This document shows, one piece after another, positions 1-10,172 of a stretch of 61,450 nucleotides of DNA (its first letter is position 1; each line of letters starts with the position of its first letter). Under the pieces are notes generated by a model, which saw only the letters and a list, made by a program, of their open reading frames with translations, was not told the DNA's origin and made no database searches. The stretch comes from Candidatus Uhrbacteria bacterium RIFOXYB12_FULL_58_10 (GTDB taxonomy: Bacteria; Patescibacteriota; Patescibacteriia; UBA9934; GWF2-40-263), in contig MGFA01000021.1 of NCBI GenBank assembly GCA_001791645.1, forward strand, positions 1 through 61,450, given 5' to 3'. The position numbers and the translations under genes were made by a program.

Positions 1-160
1 GGCATACAAGGCGTAAATACGGAAAAATGGTACCACGGAGGAACAGATGAGGGAAAGGAGGATGAGGGAGGGGAGCTAATCAATAATTAAGCGTGTCCAC
101 ATGGTGCTGACTGGTGGAAAATCACTTTCGTAGCTAGGGCGCACACAGGACAGGTCTACA

Positions 161-1009
161 TCAATGTCCTTGCCGCAACATAACGGCAACATATGACCAT
201 ACGCGCTGCTCCAGCTCCATGGTCACTCCACCGCGAAGTTTTCGGTGGGTATACCACCAGCGTCCGCTCGGACCGTACGTCCGGTCTTTCAGGAACGCGT
301 CATGTTTGCGTTCCCAGGAATGGAAGGCTCGGATCCATCGCCGCTTCTGTCGTTTGGTACGGACGTACGGGAGCCCGCGGACAAGGGAGAGCAGATGCAA
401 TCCAGCAAGCGTCTTTGGGTTCTGTGTCAGCCACAAGGATGCCTGGCGCACGACGTGCACGAGACAGCGTTGGATCCGCGCCTTTGGCCAGACGTCGTGA
501 ATGGCGTTCAAAAGGCCTCTTTGTCCGTCACAGACGACCACGTCCGGCTCCGTGTCATGCCACATGAGGTTTCGCAGGAAGTCCAACCAGGACGCGTGGC
601 ACTCCCGGGAAGTCGGCGCCCACGAGACCGGATGCCTGCGTATGCCATCCCCGGCGATGAGGAGCATGCATCGTCTTGGAACTACGGAAGTTGCGTCCAA
701 TACCAACACGCGGGGATTGGGAACCAATTGTGGTTTGGGCGGGTTCTGCCAGAAGGCGCAAAACCATGCAGAGACTGACTGCACGCTCACGCCTTTCTCG
801 GATGCGACTTCCGTAAGCGTCGATTTTCCGTTGAGCCATCGGACGAACGAAAACAACCGGGCGCGAACCTGGTTGTCCTTGCGTTTCCGCACGGCGTTCT
901 TGCCGCACTCGGGACATCTCCACCGCTTCGTCCCCGACGGGTGTGTTCCCCAACGCTGCATCTGTTTTCCGCACGACGGACACCGTTTCCTTGGTCCACT
1001 TAGGGTCAT
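161..1009 (-). mobile_element. IS256-family (IS1249-like) DDE transposase, apparently 3'-truncated
   Basis: N-terminal Zn ribbon (CPSCG...RWRCPECG), VLVLDAT and VVVCDGQRGL...WPKARIQRCLVHV motifs typical of IS256/Mutator transposases. Family resemblance seems to end after WWYTHRKLR, before the expected third catalytic residue. Confidence 0.75.
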
Positions 1010-1119
1010 ATGTCCCTAAGTTTCCCAGAACGGAGCTAATGCTAGAAGAAAACGGACGGTTTTACCAACTCGAAAGTTTAATTACCTCTTTATTTTCAAC
1101 AAATTCGAGCCATGAGCCA

Positions 1120-1148
1120 TTGACAAAAGGCTCATTTTTTCCTATAGT
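1120..1148 (+). promoter_or_regulatory. Sigma70-type promoter for the 1310 gene
   Basis: TTGACA-N17-TATAGT; inverted repeat ATGAGCC/GGCTCAT straddles the -35. Confidence 0.6.
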
Positions 1149-1309
1149 TAGCCAGTTCTGGGGCCGGTTTGAAACCTGGCTTAGGGACACGAACAGCGCG
1201 TTGTTGGATGGTGGGGTGAATTCCGACAGTTTCGTCGGATAAGCCCTGCCTGCCAAAGCGTGCCGATTCTTTGCAGCTGCCTCTTGGAGGAGCTGCATAG
1301 GAGTTCAAC

Positions 1310-2218
1310 ATGTGGTGGATCATCATAGGGCTCGTTGCCCTCCTCGTCATCACTGCCATCATTGCCACGACCAAGGTATGGAACCTCCAGGAGAAGGTCG
1401 CCGGGCTCGAGCGCGAGCAGAAGCAGTCGGCGAACACGACGTCCGAGACGCTCAGGCAGAAGGATCGGCTCATCGAGACGTTCGAACGCGACCTGCGCGT
1501 ACTCAACGACCACGACGCCGCGCTCCAGGCGAAGCTCGAAGCGATGCATTTGGCTGCGATGCGCTTCTGCGCCAGCGCCAAGGACATCTACTACGCCAAC
1601 GAGCATGACCCCGAGGGCTGGCAGGCGAAGCGTGGGTACGGAGTGCAAAAAGACTCCGGAGCACTCTGGTACTGGAACACGACCAAGCCGACCAGTGCGA
1701 CCGCCGAGGAGATCCTCTCCTGGAAGCCGACGGTGGACGAGTGGATCGAGTTCGCCAACAGCATTTCGGCTCACGCGGAAATGAACAAGAAGCAGTGGTG
1801 GGAAAAGGTGGAGGAACGTCGGGCGCGTCAAGCTGCACGTCGCGACCTCAACATCAAGTTCCTCCAGAACCTCCTGAGCCCGCACCGGGACATTCTCTCC
1901 GGACACGGGGGAGGCTTGAGCAGCGTGACTATCGACAAGGATCAGGATCTGCGGCTTCTGCAATTCCTCGAGGGTCTCCGGCGACTGATCGAGCTCGACC
2001 ACAAGGAGAATCCAGCTGACCCCTGGGGGCCGCAGGGGGTCGAGCACCACCTGCTGCATAAGACCTCGTTCACGGGCGCACTGCTTCGTCGTAAGCTCAT
2101 GGACCTCGTGACGCACCACAACCAGGAGTATATGGCCATCCTCGACAGGCTCCCGTCCGACATTGCGCAGTACTTCCTGCGCCAGACAGTCGCGGAACCG
2201 GTCGCAGCGGCTGGCTGA
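1310..2218 (+). CDS. Hypothetical protein with N-terminal membrane anchor and coiled coil
   Basis: 302-aa ORF, AGGAG before the ATG, hydrophobic N-terminus, GC3-biased codons. Confidence 0.75.
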   Translation: MWWIIIGLVALLVITAIIATTKVWNLQEKVAGLEREQKQSANTTSETLRQKDRLIETFERDLRVLNDHDAALQAKLEAMHLAAMRFCASAKDIYYANEHDPEGWQAKRGYGVQKDSGALWYWNTTKPTSATAEEILSWKPTVDEWIEFANSISAHAEMNKKQWWEKVEERRARQAARRDLNIKFLQNLLSPHRDILSGHGGGLSSVTIDKDQDLRLLQFLEGLRRLIELDHKENPADPWGPQGVEHHLLHKTSFTGALLRRKLMDLVTHHNQEYMAILDRLPSDIAQYFLRQTVAEPVAAAG

Positions 2219-2409
2219 TAGCAGCAGATAGACTCGCGCACCCGCGCTTGTCGGCAGACGTACTCGTCGCCGCCTCCGGGTGCGTTTTGCTTTCTTTGTT
2301 CTTATTACCCATATTTACCTCCTTCCCAGGACTAGGCACCCAGGACAGATGTGGCATTATTGTTCATGCCACATAACAAGGCAAACATATGGAGAATACA
2401 GGGAGCTTC

Positions 2410-2762
2410 GTAATTCACAGCTCGCAGGAGCTATTCGATCATGTGCAGGAGAATCTTGGCTTGATCCCCAAATGTCACATGGATCAAAGGGATTCTCGTT
2501 CACCAGATTATTCTCATGTGACGCATGCAATGCAGGAATCACCGCCGAGGAGAAAGTAAAGAATCTCAGAGATGGAACGGTAAGACGCTACGTCTATTAT
2601 CACTGCACAAGGCAGTTAGAAAAGCTCCAGCGATTACTGGCCGTAGTATCCAAGCTGGATTCGAACCAACAAAATGCCTTCATCATGCCTCTCGAACAGC
2701 TCAAAAGCCGCATCATCTTGAAGGACGACCGTCTGATCGTTGAAAAGACTAGGAAAACCTAA
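2410..2762 (+). pseudogene. Frameshifted remnant of a large serine recombinase (end of recombinase domain plus Zn beta-ribbon)
   Basis: SQELFDHVQENLGLIPK in one frame, then GSKGFSFTRLFSCDACNAGITAEEK...RRYVYYHCT in another; no catalytic N-terminus; next to a tRNA 3' end. Confidence 0.7.
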
Positions 2763-2789
2763 GGGTCGCCAAACGATCAACCTCAATCG

Positions 2790-2821
2790 AAAACCCGCAC
2801 TCAATGAAGAATGCGGGTTTT
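2790..2821 (-). terminator. Hairpin downstream of tRNA-Gln
   Basis: AAAACCCGCA...TGCGGGTTTT inverted repeat. Confidence 0.6.
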
Positions 2822-2862
2822 CTTGGTCACCCCCTGTCCCGGTCTGTAGGAACAGGTCGTGA

Positions 2863-2936
2863 TGGTTCCGGGACATGGATTCGAACCATGATTAAGGGAT
2901 TCAGAGTCCCTCGTCCTGCCGTTAGACGATCCCGGA
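2863..2936 (-). tRNA. tRNA-Gln(CTG)
   Basis: TCCGGGA/TCCCGGA acceptor stem, anticodon arm GGGA-CTCTGAA-TCCC, GGTTCGAATCC T arm, encoded CCA. Confidence 0.95.
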
Positions 2937-3064
2937 ATGGTCAGATTGTGCGGGCAGAATATCAACGTTTCTGGAATATGTCAACGAGCGCGAGGTGTTG
3001 AAAACAAAGAGACGACCGCGGGCATCGCCTCCTTGCTCCGAGTGGAGGGGGCGTCTCCTGGTCG

Positions 3065-3274
3065 TCAGTCGCGGAGAAACCGGACAAAGAATCCGGTCGC
3101 CATGGCGATCCCGGGGATTGCCAGGTAGAGGGCCATGGTGGCCAGGTTCCACTCCGGAGGGGTGGAGAACATGGTGTCGCCGCCGAAGCGGACGTCCCAG
3201 ATCCTGATTCCCAGGAGGGTGACGGCCCCGGCGGCGTAGAAAATAAGGAACCAGCGCAGCAGGTTGGACATCAT
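3065..3274 (-). CDS. Small two-helix membrane protein
   Basis: GGAGG 8 nt before the ATG; TTGACA-N17-TATTCT promoter at 3349-3321; two hydrophobic segments. Confidence 0.65.
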   Translation of the reverse strand: MMSNLLRWFLIFYAAGAVTLLGIRIWDVRFGGDTMFSTPPEWNLATMALYLAIPGIAMATGFFVRFLRD

Positions 3275-3394
3275 CAGCATTACCTCCATTGGCCAGCGGG
3301 ATGCGGGCCAAAGTAGACACAGAATAGCACAAAAACACGGTTTTGTCAACCGTGTTTTCATGTAATTTGCTTACCATTATCATCCCAATCATCC

Positions 3395-4396
3395 TCACTT
3401 CGCTCCGGTGGACGGGGACCTCGGCGCTCCGTTCCCCATTGTCGCGACCAATGCGTCCAGTAATTGATTCAACTGAACGCGGGAAGAGGCGGTGTGAAGG
3501 GCGTCGCGGAACCGTTTGGCGCCGGGGATGCCCTTGAAGTACCAGGAGAGATGTTTGCGGAACGTGACGACTCCTCGCTCGCCGTATTGTGCGACGTGCA
3601 GGTCGAGGTGACGCTTGACGGTCGCGACGCGCTCCTCCATGGAAACGACGCGCGGCGGTCGGCCCGCGAGAACATCATCGATTTGCGCGAAGATCCACGG
3701 GTTGCCGAGTGCGCCGCGCGCGACGAGAATTCCGTCGCAGCCTGAGACCGCGAGCGCCTCCTGGACAAGTTCGGCCCTGTGCACGTCGCCGTTGCACAGC
3801 ACGGGAATCGATACGGCTTCCTTTGCGCGACGGATCGCGGTCCAGTCCGCGATGCCGGCGTATCCTTGCGTTTTGGTTCTGCCGTGGATCGTGATGAGGT
3901 CCGCGCCAGCGGCCTCGAGGACCTTCGAAAACTCGATGCACTCGGCCGGGTCGGACCAGCCAAGGCGAATCTTGATCGACAACGGAACCGATATGACACT
4001 CTTCATCGCGCGGACGATTTTCGCCGCGAGCTCCGGTTCCTTCATGAGCGCCGCCCCATTGAAGTTGTGTACGATCTTATAGACGGGGCAGCCCATGTTC
4101 ACGTCAAAGCCCTCGGGCGCATGCCGTTGCGCGATGACGCGCGCGGCCTCGGCCATGGTCGCCGGATCAGACCCAAAGATTTGCTGGATGAGCGGCCGTT
4201 CCTCCGGGTGGATATCCGTCATCCCGAGCGTCTTGTCATTTCCGCGCATCACGGCCTCCGAGGACACCATTTCACGGAAGACGACCCACGACTCTCCAGT
4301 TTCCTTGACAATGCGACAAAACGCCGAGTCGGTCATGTCAGCCATCGGCGAGAGTGCTATAATCGGTTTAGGGAGCGCGGACCAGTCCAATTTCAT
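3395..4396 (-). CDS. dusB: tRNA-dihydrouridine synthase
   Basis: LSPMA, DVNMGCP, GAALMK, KIRLGW, TIHGRT, NGDV, ARGALGNPWIF motifs. Confidence 0.92.
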   Translation of the reverse strand: MKLDWSALPKPIIALSPMADMTDSAFCRIVKETGESWVVFREMVSSEAVMRGNDKTLGMTDIHPEERPLIQQIFGSDPATMAEAARVIAQRHAPEGFDVNMGCPVYKIVHNFNGAALMKEPELAAKIVRAMKSVISVPLSIKIRLGWSDPAECIEFSKVLEAAGADLITIHGRTKTQGYAGIADWTAIRRAKEAVSIPVLCNGDVHRAELVQEALAVSGCDGILVARGALGNPWIFAQIDDVLAGRPPRVVSMEERVATVKRHLDLHVAQYGERGVVTFRKHLSWYFKGIPGAKRFRDALHTASSRVQLNQLLDALVATMGNGAPRSPSTGAK

Positions 4397-4446
4397 AAGT
4401 CGCGTCATCATAGACGATAAAACGTAACGATTCAAGGCCGGGCGGG

Positions 4447-4728
4447 ATGGAAACGTCTTCGCCAGTCAATAACCTTTCGCATATGGCCGAGTATTTCAAC
4501 GTAGATCGAGAGGCAATTTTTGAGGAAATCGTGGAAAGGGGACGGGCACAGGGGGTGACCACCCAGGAAACGTACAATGACTTGGTCGAGGAAGTGATCG
4601 AAAGCCACCGTGCGGTCGGAGAAATCCATGATGATTCGCCGACCGAGGACATGGAAGAACAGCTGCGGGGTCGGTGGACGGATTATAAGGAGTCGCTCGG
4701 CCTTGACGACGCACAGCCGCAACTATGA
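4447..4728 (+). CDS. Small acidic hypothetical protein
   Basis: 93-aa ORF with ATGA overlap to the next gene. Confidence 0.7.
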   Translation: METSSPVNNLSHMAEYFNVDREAIFEEIVERGRAQGVTTQETYNDLVEEVIESHRAVGEIHDDSPTEDMEEQLRGRWTDYKESLGLDDAQPQL

Positions 4729-6089
4729 AGATTTCGTTTCATGGGGCCAACAACGAGGTGACGGGATCCTGTTTCCTGCTGACGGCAAACGACGCGCATG
4801 GCAAGGAACACCGCCTGCTCGTAGACTGCGGCATGTTTCAGGGCGAGCGCATGTGCGGGGATAAAAATATGTCGCCCTTCGGATTTGATCCAAGCTCGCT
4901 TGACGCGGTGTATGTGACGCATCCGCACGCCGACCACACCGGCCGTTTGCCAAAGCTGATCAAGGAAGGGTACGCGGGGCCGATTACCATGACCCACCCG
5001 TGCAAGGCGCTCACCAAGGTGGTGCTCGACGACGCCTATCACATCATGTCGGAGAACGCCAAAAAGTGCGGCGACAGGGTGCTGTATGAGCGCGAGGACC
5101 TTGAGACGCTTGAGGCACGGACGACCGGAATTGGATATCACGAGGAGATCGAAGTCGCTCCTGGAATCACGGTGATGTTTCATGATGCCGGGCATGTGCT
5201 TGGGTCCGCGTTTATTTCGTTTGAGGCGGAAGGGAGACGCGTGGTGTTTTCGGGCGACGTCGGCAACGACTACGTGCCGATTTTGCCGGATACGGAGCCT
5301 ATTTCAAGGGCGGACGTCGTGGTGTGCGAGGCGACCTACGGGCACCGCGTGCACGAGCCGCCGACGGAACGCGCTTCCAAGCTGCGCGCGGCCATCGAGG
5401 AAACGATTCACGCGGGAGGCGTGTTGCTGATCCCCGCATTTTCGATCGAGCGCACCCAGGAGCTTCTGTACGAGATTGACATAATGCTCCGCACGCTCAA
5501 GACGAGCGTCCCCATGTACCTCGATTCGCCGATGGCCATTCGTGCCACGGAAATTTATCGTCACTTCAAGGAGTATCTCCGGTTTGACACGCCGATCCTT
5601 TCCGAGCCGGACCGCGACTTTTTCTCGTTCCCAAATTTGCACGAAACTCTGCTTGTCGACGAGTCCAAGGCGATCAACGACGTGAAAGCCCCAAAGGTCA
5701 TTATCGCGGGATCCGGAATGATGTCCGGCGGGCGCATCATGCACCACCTCATGCGGTATCTTCCGGATCCGAAATCGCGCGTGCTGATCATCGGCTATCA
5801 GGCCGCCGGGACGCTCGGTCGAAAAATCTACGAGGGCGCGAAGACCGTGCGAATCTACGGGAAGGAAATCGAGGTGCACGCGGGCGTGGCTGCCATCGGC
5901 GCGTTTTCCGCGCATGCGGACATGAACAAGCTGACGCGCTGGCTGCAACCGGAGGACGGAAATGTTCCGAAAAAAATTTTTTTGGTGCACGGTGACCCGG
6001 AGGCAAAGGAGGTATTCGCCACGCACCTGCGCCATGAGCTGAAAACGAACGTGGTGATTCCGGCGTTCCAGTCGAGTCACGAGATATAG
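4725..6089 (+). CDS. MBL-fold beta-CASP ribonuclease (YSH1/TTHA0252-like)
   Basis: VDCG, THPHADHTG, AGHVLGSA, FSGDVG, EATYG, FSAHAD, LVHGD motifs. Confidence 0.92.
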   Translation: MKISFHGANNEVTGSCFLLTANDAHGKEHRLLVDCGMFQGERMCGDKNMSPFGFDPSSLDAVYVTHPHADHTGRLPKLIKEGYAGPITMTHPCKALTKVVLDDAYHIMSENAKKCGDRVLYEREDLETLEARTTGIGYHEEIEVAPGITVMFHDAGHVLGSAFISFEAEGRRVVFSGDVGNDYVPILPDTEPISRADVVVCEATYGHRVHEPPTERASKLRAAIEETIHAGGVLLIPAFSIERTQELLYEIDIMLRTLKTSVPMYLDSPMAIRATEIYRHFKEYLRFDTPILSEPDRDFFSFPNLHETLLVDESKAINDVKAPKVIIAGSGMMSGGRIMHHLMRYLPDPKSRVLIIGYQAAGTLGRKIYEGAKTVRIYGKEIEVHAGVAAIGAFSAHADMNKLTRWLQPEDGNVPKKIFLVHGDPEAKEVFATHLRHELKTNVVIPAFQSSHEI

Positions 6090-6185
6090 TCGTGACACTC
6101 GGCTGTCCGTTTGACACGCGTTTTGCTATTGCGTACGGTATTGTTCTGTCGCGAATGGACGCGACGTAAAATGACTGGAGGGAGC

Positions 6186-6578
6186 ATGCGAGTTTCCCAA
6201 GAAGGCGCCCGCCGGATGGACTGGGACGAGCTCCTGTGGGAAATCCCGGTCATTGGACGAGACTTCGAGGTTTTGCTTCCCATCGAGAACCTCGAACTTC
6301 TGCGCGGACCCATGGGGTCGATCACGCGCGCGGGAGACGACGTGCGCGTGCAGCCCGAGCTGCTTGTTCGCCAGTGGGTTGGGCACGCGCCCGAGTTCAT
6401 GGAGATCCGAGAGGGGTCGGGCTTCGTTCGCGTGGGTCTCGTCGATCATCATGCGCTGCTGCTTCCGGACACATCTATCGTGATCGTCGATCGCGCGATG
6501 TCTCCGGTGCATCGTCTCTGCGTTCCGGGCGACAACGTGCTCGCTTCATCCCGCTTCGGTCACATCGCCTCGGACTGA
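6186..6578 (+). CDS. Hypothetical protein
   Basis: GGAGGGAG before the ATG, TTGACA-N17-TACGGT at 6111-6139, fills the intergenic space. Confidence 0.6.
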   Translation: MRVSQEGARRMDWDELLWEIPVIGRDFEVLLPIENLELLRGPMGSITRAGDDVRVQPELLVRQWVGHAPEFMEIREGSGFVRVGLVDHHALLLPDTSIVIVDRAMSPVHRLCVPGDNVLASSRFGHIASD

Positions 6579-6643
6579 CGGTCCGGGCTTTTTCTTTCCA
6601 ATGGATGGACGAAACGACCGGTTTCCGCTAGGATACTCACGAT

Positions 6644-8434
6644 ATGATCGACCAGAAGCACATCAGAAACTTTTGCATCATCGCGCACATCGATCACGGA
6701 AAATCCACGCTCGCGGACCGTCTCTTGGAAGTGACCGGGACCGTGGAAAAACGAAAGATGAAGGAACAGATGCTCGACTCGATGGAACTTGAGCGCGAAA
6801 AGGGGATTACCATCAAGCTCGCGCCGGCGCGCATGGGACACAAGGGCCATACGCTCAACCTCATTGACACGCCCGGACACGTGGACTTCACCTACGAGGT
6901 GTCGCGCTCGCTCGCGGCCGTGGAGGGCGCGGTACTGCTCGTGGATGCCACGCAAGGCGTGCAGGCGCAGACCATCGGTAACCTGTATCTCGCGATGGGC
7001 GAGGATCTCACCATCATTCCTGTCCTCAACAAAATCGATCTTCCGGCCGCGGACATTCCGCGACGCACGGAAGAACTCGTGAAGTTGCTCGGGTGCGATC
7101 CTTCGGAGATCTTGCACGCGTCCGGAAAAACCGGCGCGGGCGTGCCGGAGCTGCTTGATGCCATCGTCGACCGCATTCCGTCGCCGACCGGCCAGGTGGA
7201 CGCCCCAGCGCGCGCGCTTGTTTTCGATTCCAAGTACGACGATTACAAGGGCGTGGTCGCATATGTCCGCGTGGTCGACGGCGCGTTCAAGCGGGCCGAG
7301 AACATCATCATGATGGCGACGCGCGCCGAGGGCGAGATCTTAGAGTTGGGCGCGCTGACTCCGGGGTATGCGCCGATGCCCCTTCTTGAAACGGGACAGA
7401 TCGGCTACATCGTCACCGGGCTGAAGGACATTCACGCGTGCGGCGTGGGCGATTCCATCACGGTCGCTAGCCAGCCGACGCGCGAGCCACTTCCGGGCTA
7501 CAAGCAGGTGCGGCCGATGGTGTACGCGGGGATCTTTCCAAAGGAGGGAAATGATTTCGAGCATTTACGCGAGGGCATGGAACGGTTGAAACTCAATGAC
7601 GCGGCGCTCACCTATGAACCGGAACATTCTCCCGCGCTCGGCTACGGGTTCCGCTGTGGGTTGCTCGGCATGTTGCATTTGGAAATCTTGAAGGAGCGCC
7701 TGCGTCGCGAGTTCAATCTCGATCTGATCGTCACGGTCCCTTCCGTCGCGTATCGCGTGAACGTGAAAGGGAAGGAATCGATGGTCATCAAGAGCCCCGT
7801 GGAATTGCCGGATCCATCCTCCATCGACTCCATTGAGGAACCGTGGGCAAAGGTGGATCTTGTGACCCCGTCCGAGTATGTCGGTGCCATCATGCAGTTT
7901 TGTCAGGAACGGCGCGGCGCGTACAAAGACACCGAATATCTTTCGACGCGACAGACGATCCTCCATTACGAGATGCCGCTTTCCATGCTCATCGTTGATT
8001 TTTATGACAAGCTAAAGAGCATCACGTCGGGATACGCGTCCATGAACTACGAGCTGCTCGATTATCGCGTCGCGGACGTGGTGCGGCTTGACATTCTCGT
8101 TGCGGAGGAGCCGGTGGAAGCGCTCTCAACGCTCACGTATCGTGACGACGCGGAGCGCGTGGGACGACGCGTGCTCTCCTCGTTGAAAAATGATATCCCG
8201 CAGGAATGGTTCGTCATCAAGTTGCAGGCGGCCGTGGGCGGGAAGATCGTGGCCTCGGAGCGTATCAGCGCGATGCGCAAGGATGTGACGGGATACCTGT
8301 ACGGCGGCGACGTGACACGCAAGAAAAAACTGCTTGAAAAGCAAAAGAAGGGGAAAAAGAAAATGGCCGAGCTCGGCAAGGGGAGCGTTGACATCCCAAC
8401 GAACGCGTATTTGAACGTGTTGAAACGCGGGTAA
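6644..8434 (+). CDS. lepA: Elongation factor 4
   Basis: IRNFCIIAHIDHGKSTLADR, DTPGHVDF, NKID, GGDVTRKKKLLEKQK. Confidence 0.98.
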   Translation: MIDQKHIRNFCIIAHIDHGKSTLADRLLEVTGTVEKRKMKEQMLDSMELEREKGITIKLAPARMGHKGHTLNLIDTPGHVDFTYEVSRSLAAVEGAVLLVDATQGVQAQTIGNLYLAMGEDLTIIPVLNKIDLPAADIPRRTEELVKLLGCDPSEILHASGKTGAGVPELLDAIVDRIPSPTGQVDAPARALVFDSKYDDYKGVVAYVRVVDGAFKRAENIIMMATRAEGEILELGALTPGYAPMPLLETGQIGYIVTGLKDIHACGVGDSITVASQPTREPLPGYKQVRPMVYAGIFPKEGNDFEHLREGMERLKLNDAALTYEPEHSPALGYGFRCGLLGMLHLEILKERLRREFNLDLIVTVPSVAYRVNVKGKESMVIKSPVELPDPSSIDSIEEPWAKVDLVTPSEYVGAIMQFCQERRGAYKDTEYLSTRQTILHYEMPLSMLIVDFYDKLKSITSGYASMNYELLDYRVADVVRLDILVAEEPVEALSTLTYRDDAERVGRRVLSSLKNDIPQEWFVIKLQAAVGGKIVASERISAMRKDVTGYLYGGDVTRKKKLLEKQKKGKKKMAELGKGSVDIPTNAYLNVLKRG

Positions 8435-8435
8435 C

Positions 8436-10172
8436 ATGGAAAAGCGCTGGGACATTGCCGAGCCGGTGACGGATTCGTTTCGGAAGCAGTTCGCGGAAAT
8501 GCATCCTGGACTTTTGCAGTTGATCTGGAATCGCGGGTTGCGCACGCAGGAGGAGGTCGATTTGTTTTTGAGTCCGGACTGGAGCCGCGACGTGCATGCG
8601 CCCGCGCTGTTTTCGCAGATGTCCGCGGCCGTTGCGCGGACGTTTCAGGCGCTCGAACGCGGCGAAGTGATTACCGTGCACGGGGATTACGACGCGGACG
8701 GCGTGTGCGGATCCGCGGTGATCATGGTGACGCTGCGCGACCTGTGCCGAGCCTTCGGGTTTGACGAGTCAAAGATCACGTCATTTATCCCGGATCGGGA
8801 AAAAGATGGATACGGCATGTCGGTCGCGACCATGGAGCATTTGCACGCGCATGAGCGCACCGGCCTCGTGATGACGGTCGACTGCGGGATTTCAAACAAG
8901 CCGGCGATCGAGCGCGGAAGAGAACTTGGCATCGATACCATCGTGTGCGATCACCACGTGATGCCCTTTGCGTTGCCGGAGTCCGCCATTCTGATTCATC
9001 CGCTGGTTCCCGGAGAAACATATCCGAACAAATCGCTCTGTGGAACGGGCGTGGCGTTTAAGCTCGCGTGCGGATTGCTTGAGGAAGCGCGACGGCGCGG
9101 CGCGGCGCTGCCGGAAGGCCATGAGAAGTGGCTGCTCGACCTGGTCGCGATCGCGACCGTCACGGACGTCATGCCGCTTCTGGGCGAGAACAGGCTTTTG
9201 GAAACGTTCGGGCTTCTCGTCTTGAACAAGACGCGGCGCGTGGGTCTCAGAAAGCTCATTGAAATCGCGGGAGGGAAGTTTGGGACGCTTGATACGTATG
9301 CGATCGGGTTTCAAATCGGGCCGCGTATCAATGCCGCCGGTCGCATGCGGCACGCGAGCGCCGCGCTCAAGGTGCTCCTGGAGGAGGATGACATGCGCGC
9401 GGCCGTGCTTGCTGACGAATTGAACGACGCCAACGTGGCGCGGCAACGCGCGTCCGACGCCATGTACAAGGAAGCGCTCGCGCAGGTCGGGGAGATCGGG
9501 GACCGCAAGATGGTCGTGGCCGTGGCAGACGGGTGGCCGGCCGGGCTCGTGGGGCTTGTCGCGGGAAAGCTCGTGACAACGTACGGGTGCCCCGCATACG
9601 TGGTCGGGATTCGGGACGGCAAGTACGTGGGGTCCGGCAGAAGCGTGGAGGGATTCGACGTGACGGATTGCCTGCGCGCGGCCGCGGAGCATTTTGATAA
9701 GTTTGGGGGGCATCCGCAGGCGTGTGGATTTTCCGTGACTGGCGCGGACCGGTTCGCGCGGGCCGTGGGGGCAATGAACGCATATGCCGAGCGCGCGCTT
9801 GCCGGCCGGTCGCTCCTGCCGACCGTGAAGGTGGATGCTGAAATCGACCTGGGCGACGTCACATGGGACTTTCAAGATGCCCTGGAAAAATTCGCGCCGT
9901 TTGGCGAGGGAAATCGCAAACCGGTCTTCGTTTCGCGCGGAGTCTCGGTTTCCGGCATCAACGCCATGGGCGCCGACGGCAAGCACCTGCGCCTGTCCGT
10001 GACGTCGCCGCGTGGTAAAATGGCAAAGATGGTTGGCTTCGGGTTTGGCGAGTGGGCCCGGAAGGCGCGCCTTGGCGATCGGCTCGATGCCGCGTTCGAG
10101 GTCGGCGTGAACGAATGGAACGGCAACCGAGAGTTGCAGTTGAGAATCGTTGATTTACGAATGGCGTTATGA
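8436..10172 (+). CDS. recJ: ssDNA-specific exonuclease RecJ
   Basis: GDYDADG, TVDCG, DHH, PRINAAGR, GSGRS, FGGH, PFGEGN motifs. Confidence 0.96.
   Translation: MEKRWDIAEPVTDSFRKQFAEMHPGLLQLIWNRGLRTQEEVDLFLSPDWSRDVHAPALFSQMSAAVARTFQALERGEVITVHGDYDADGVCGSAVIMVTLRDLCRAFGFDESKITSFIPDREKDGYGMSVATMEHLHAHERTGLVMTVDCGISNKPAIERGRELGIDTIVCDHHVMPFALPESAILIHPLVPGETYPNKSLCGTGVAFKLACGLLEEARRRGAALPEGHEKWLLDLVAIATVTDVMPLLGENRLLETFGLLVLNKTRRVGLRKLIEIAGGKFGTLDTYAIGFQIGPRINAAGRMRHASAALKVLLEEDDMRAAVLADELNDANVARQRASDAMYKEALAQVGEIGDRKMVVAVADGWPAGLVGLVAGKLVTTYGCPAYVVGIRDGKYVGSGRSVEGFDVTDCLRAAAEHFDKFGGHPQACGFSVTGADRFARAVGAMNAYAERALAGRSLLPTVKVDAEIDLGDVTWDFQDALEKFAPFGEGNRKPVFVSRGVSVSGINAMGADGKHLRLSVTSPRGKMAKMVGFGFGEWARKARLGDRLDAAFEVGVNEWNGNRELQLRIVDLRMAL

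Noticed and set aside
1106-1125. CGAGCCATGAG shared with R2 and GAGCCATTGACA shared with 40803
   Set aside because: Isolated 11-12-mers with no extended similarity.
943-1242. TNSALLDGGVNS resembling the missing C-terminal catalytic motif of the transposase
   Set aside because: Wrong strand and position, and a short match; probably coincidence.
3332-3358. Palindrome around the -35 of the 3274 gene as an operator
   Set aside because: More simply explained as the dusB terminator hairpin.
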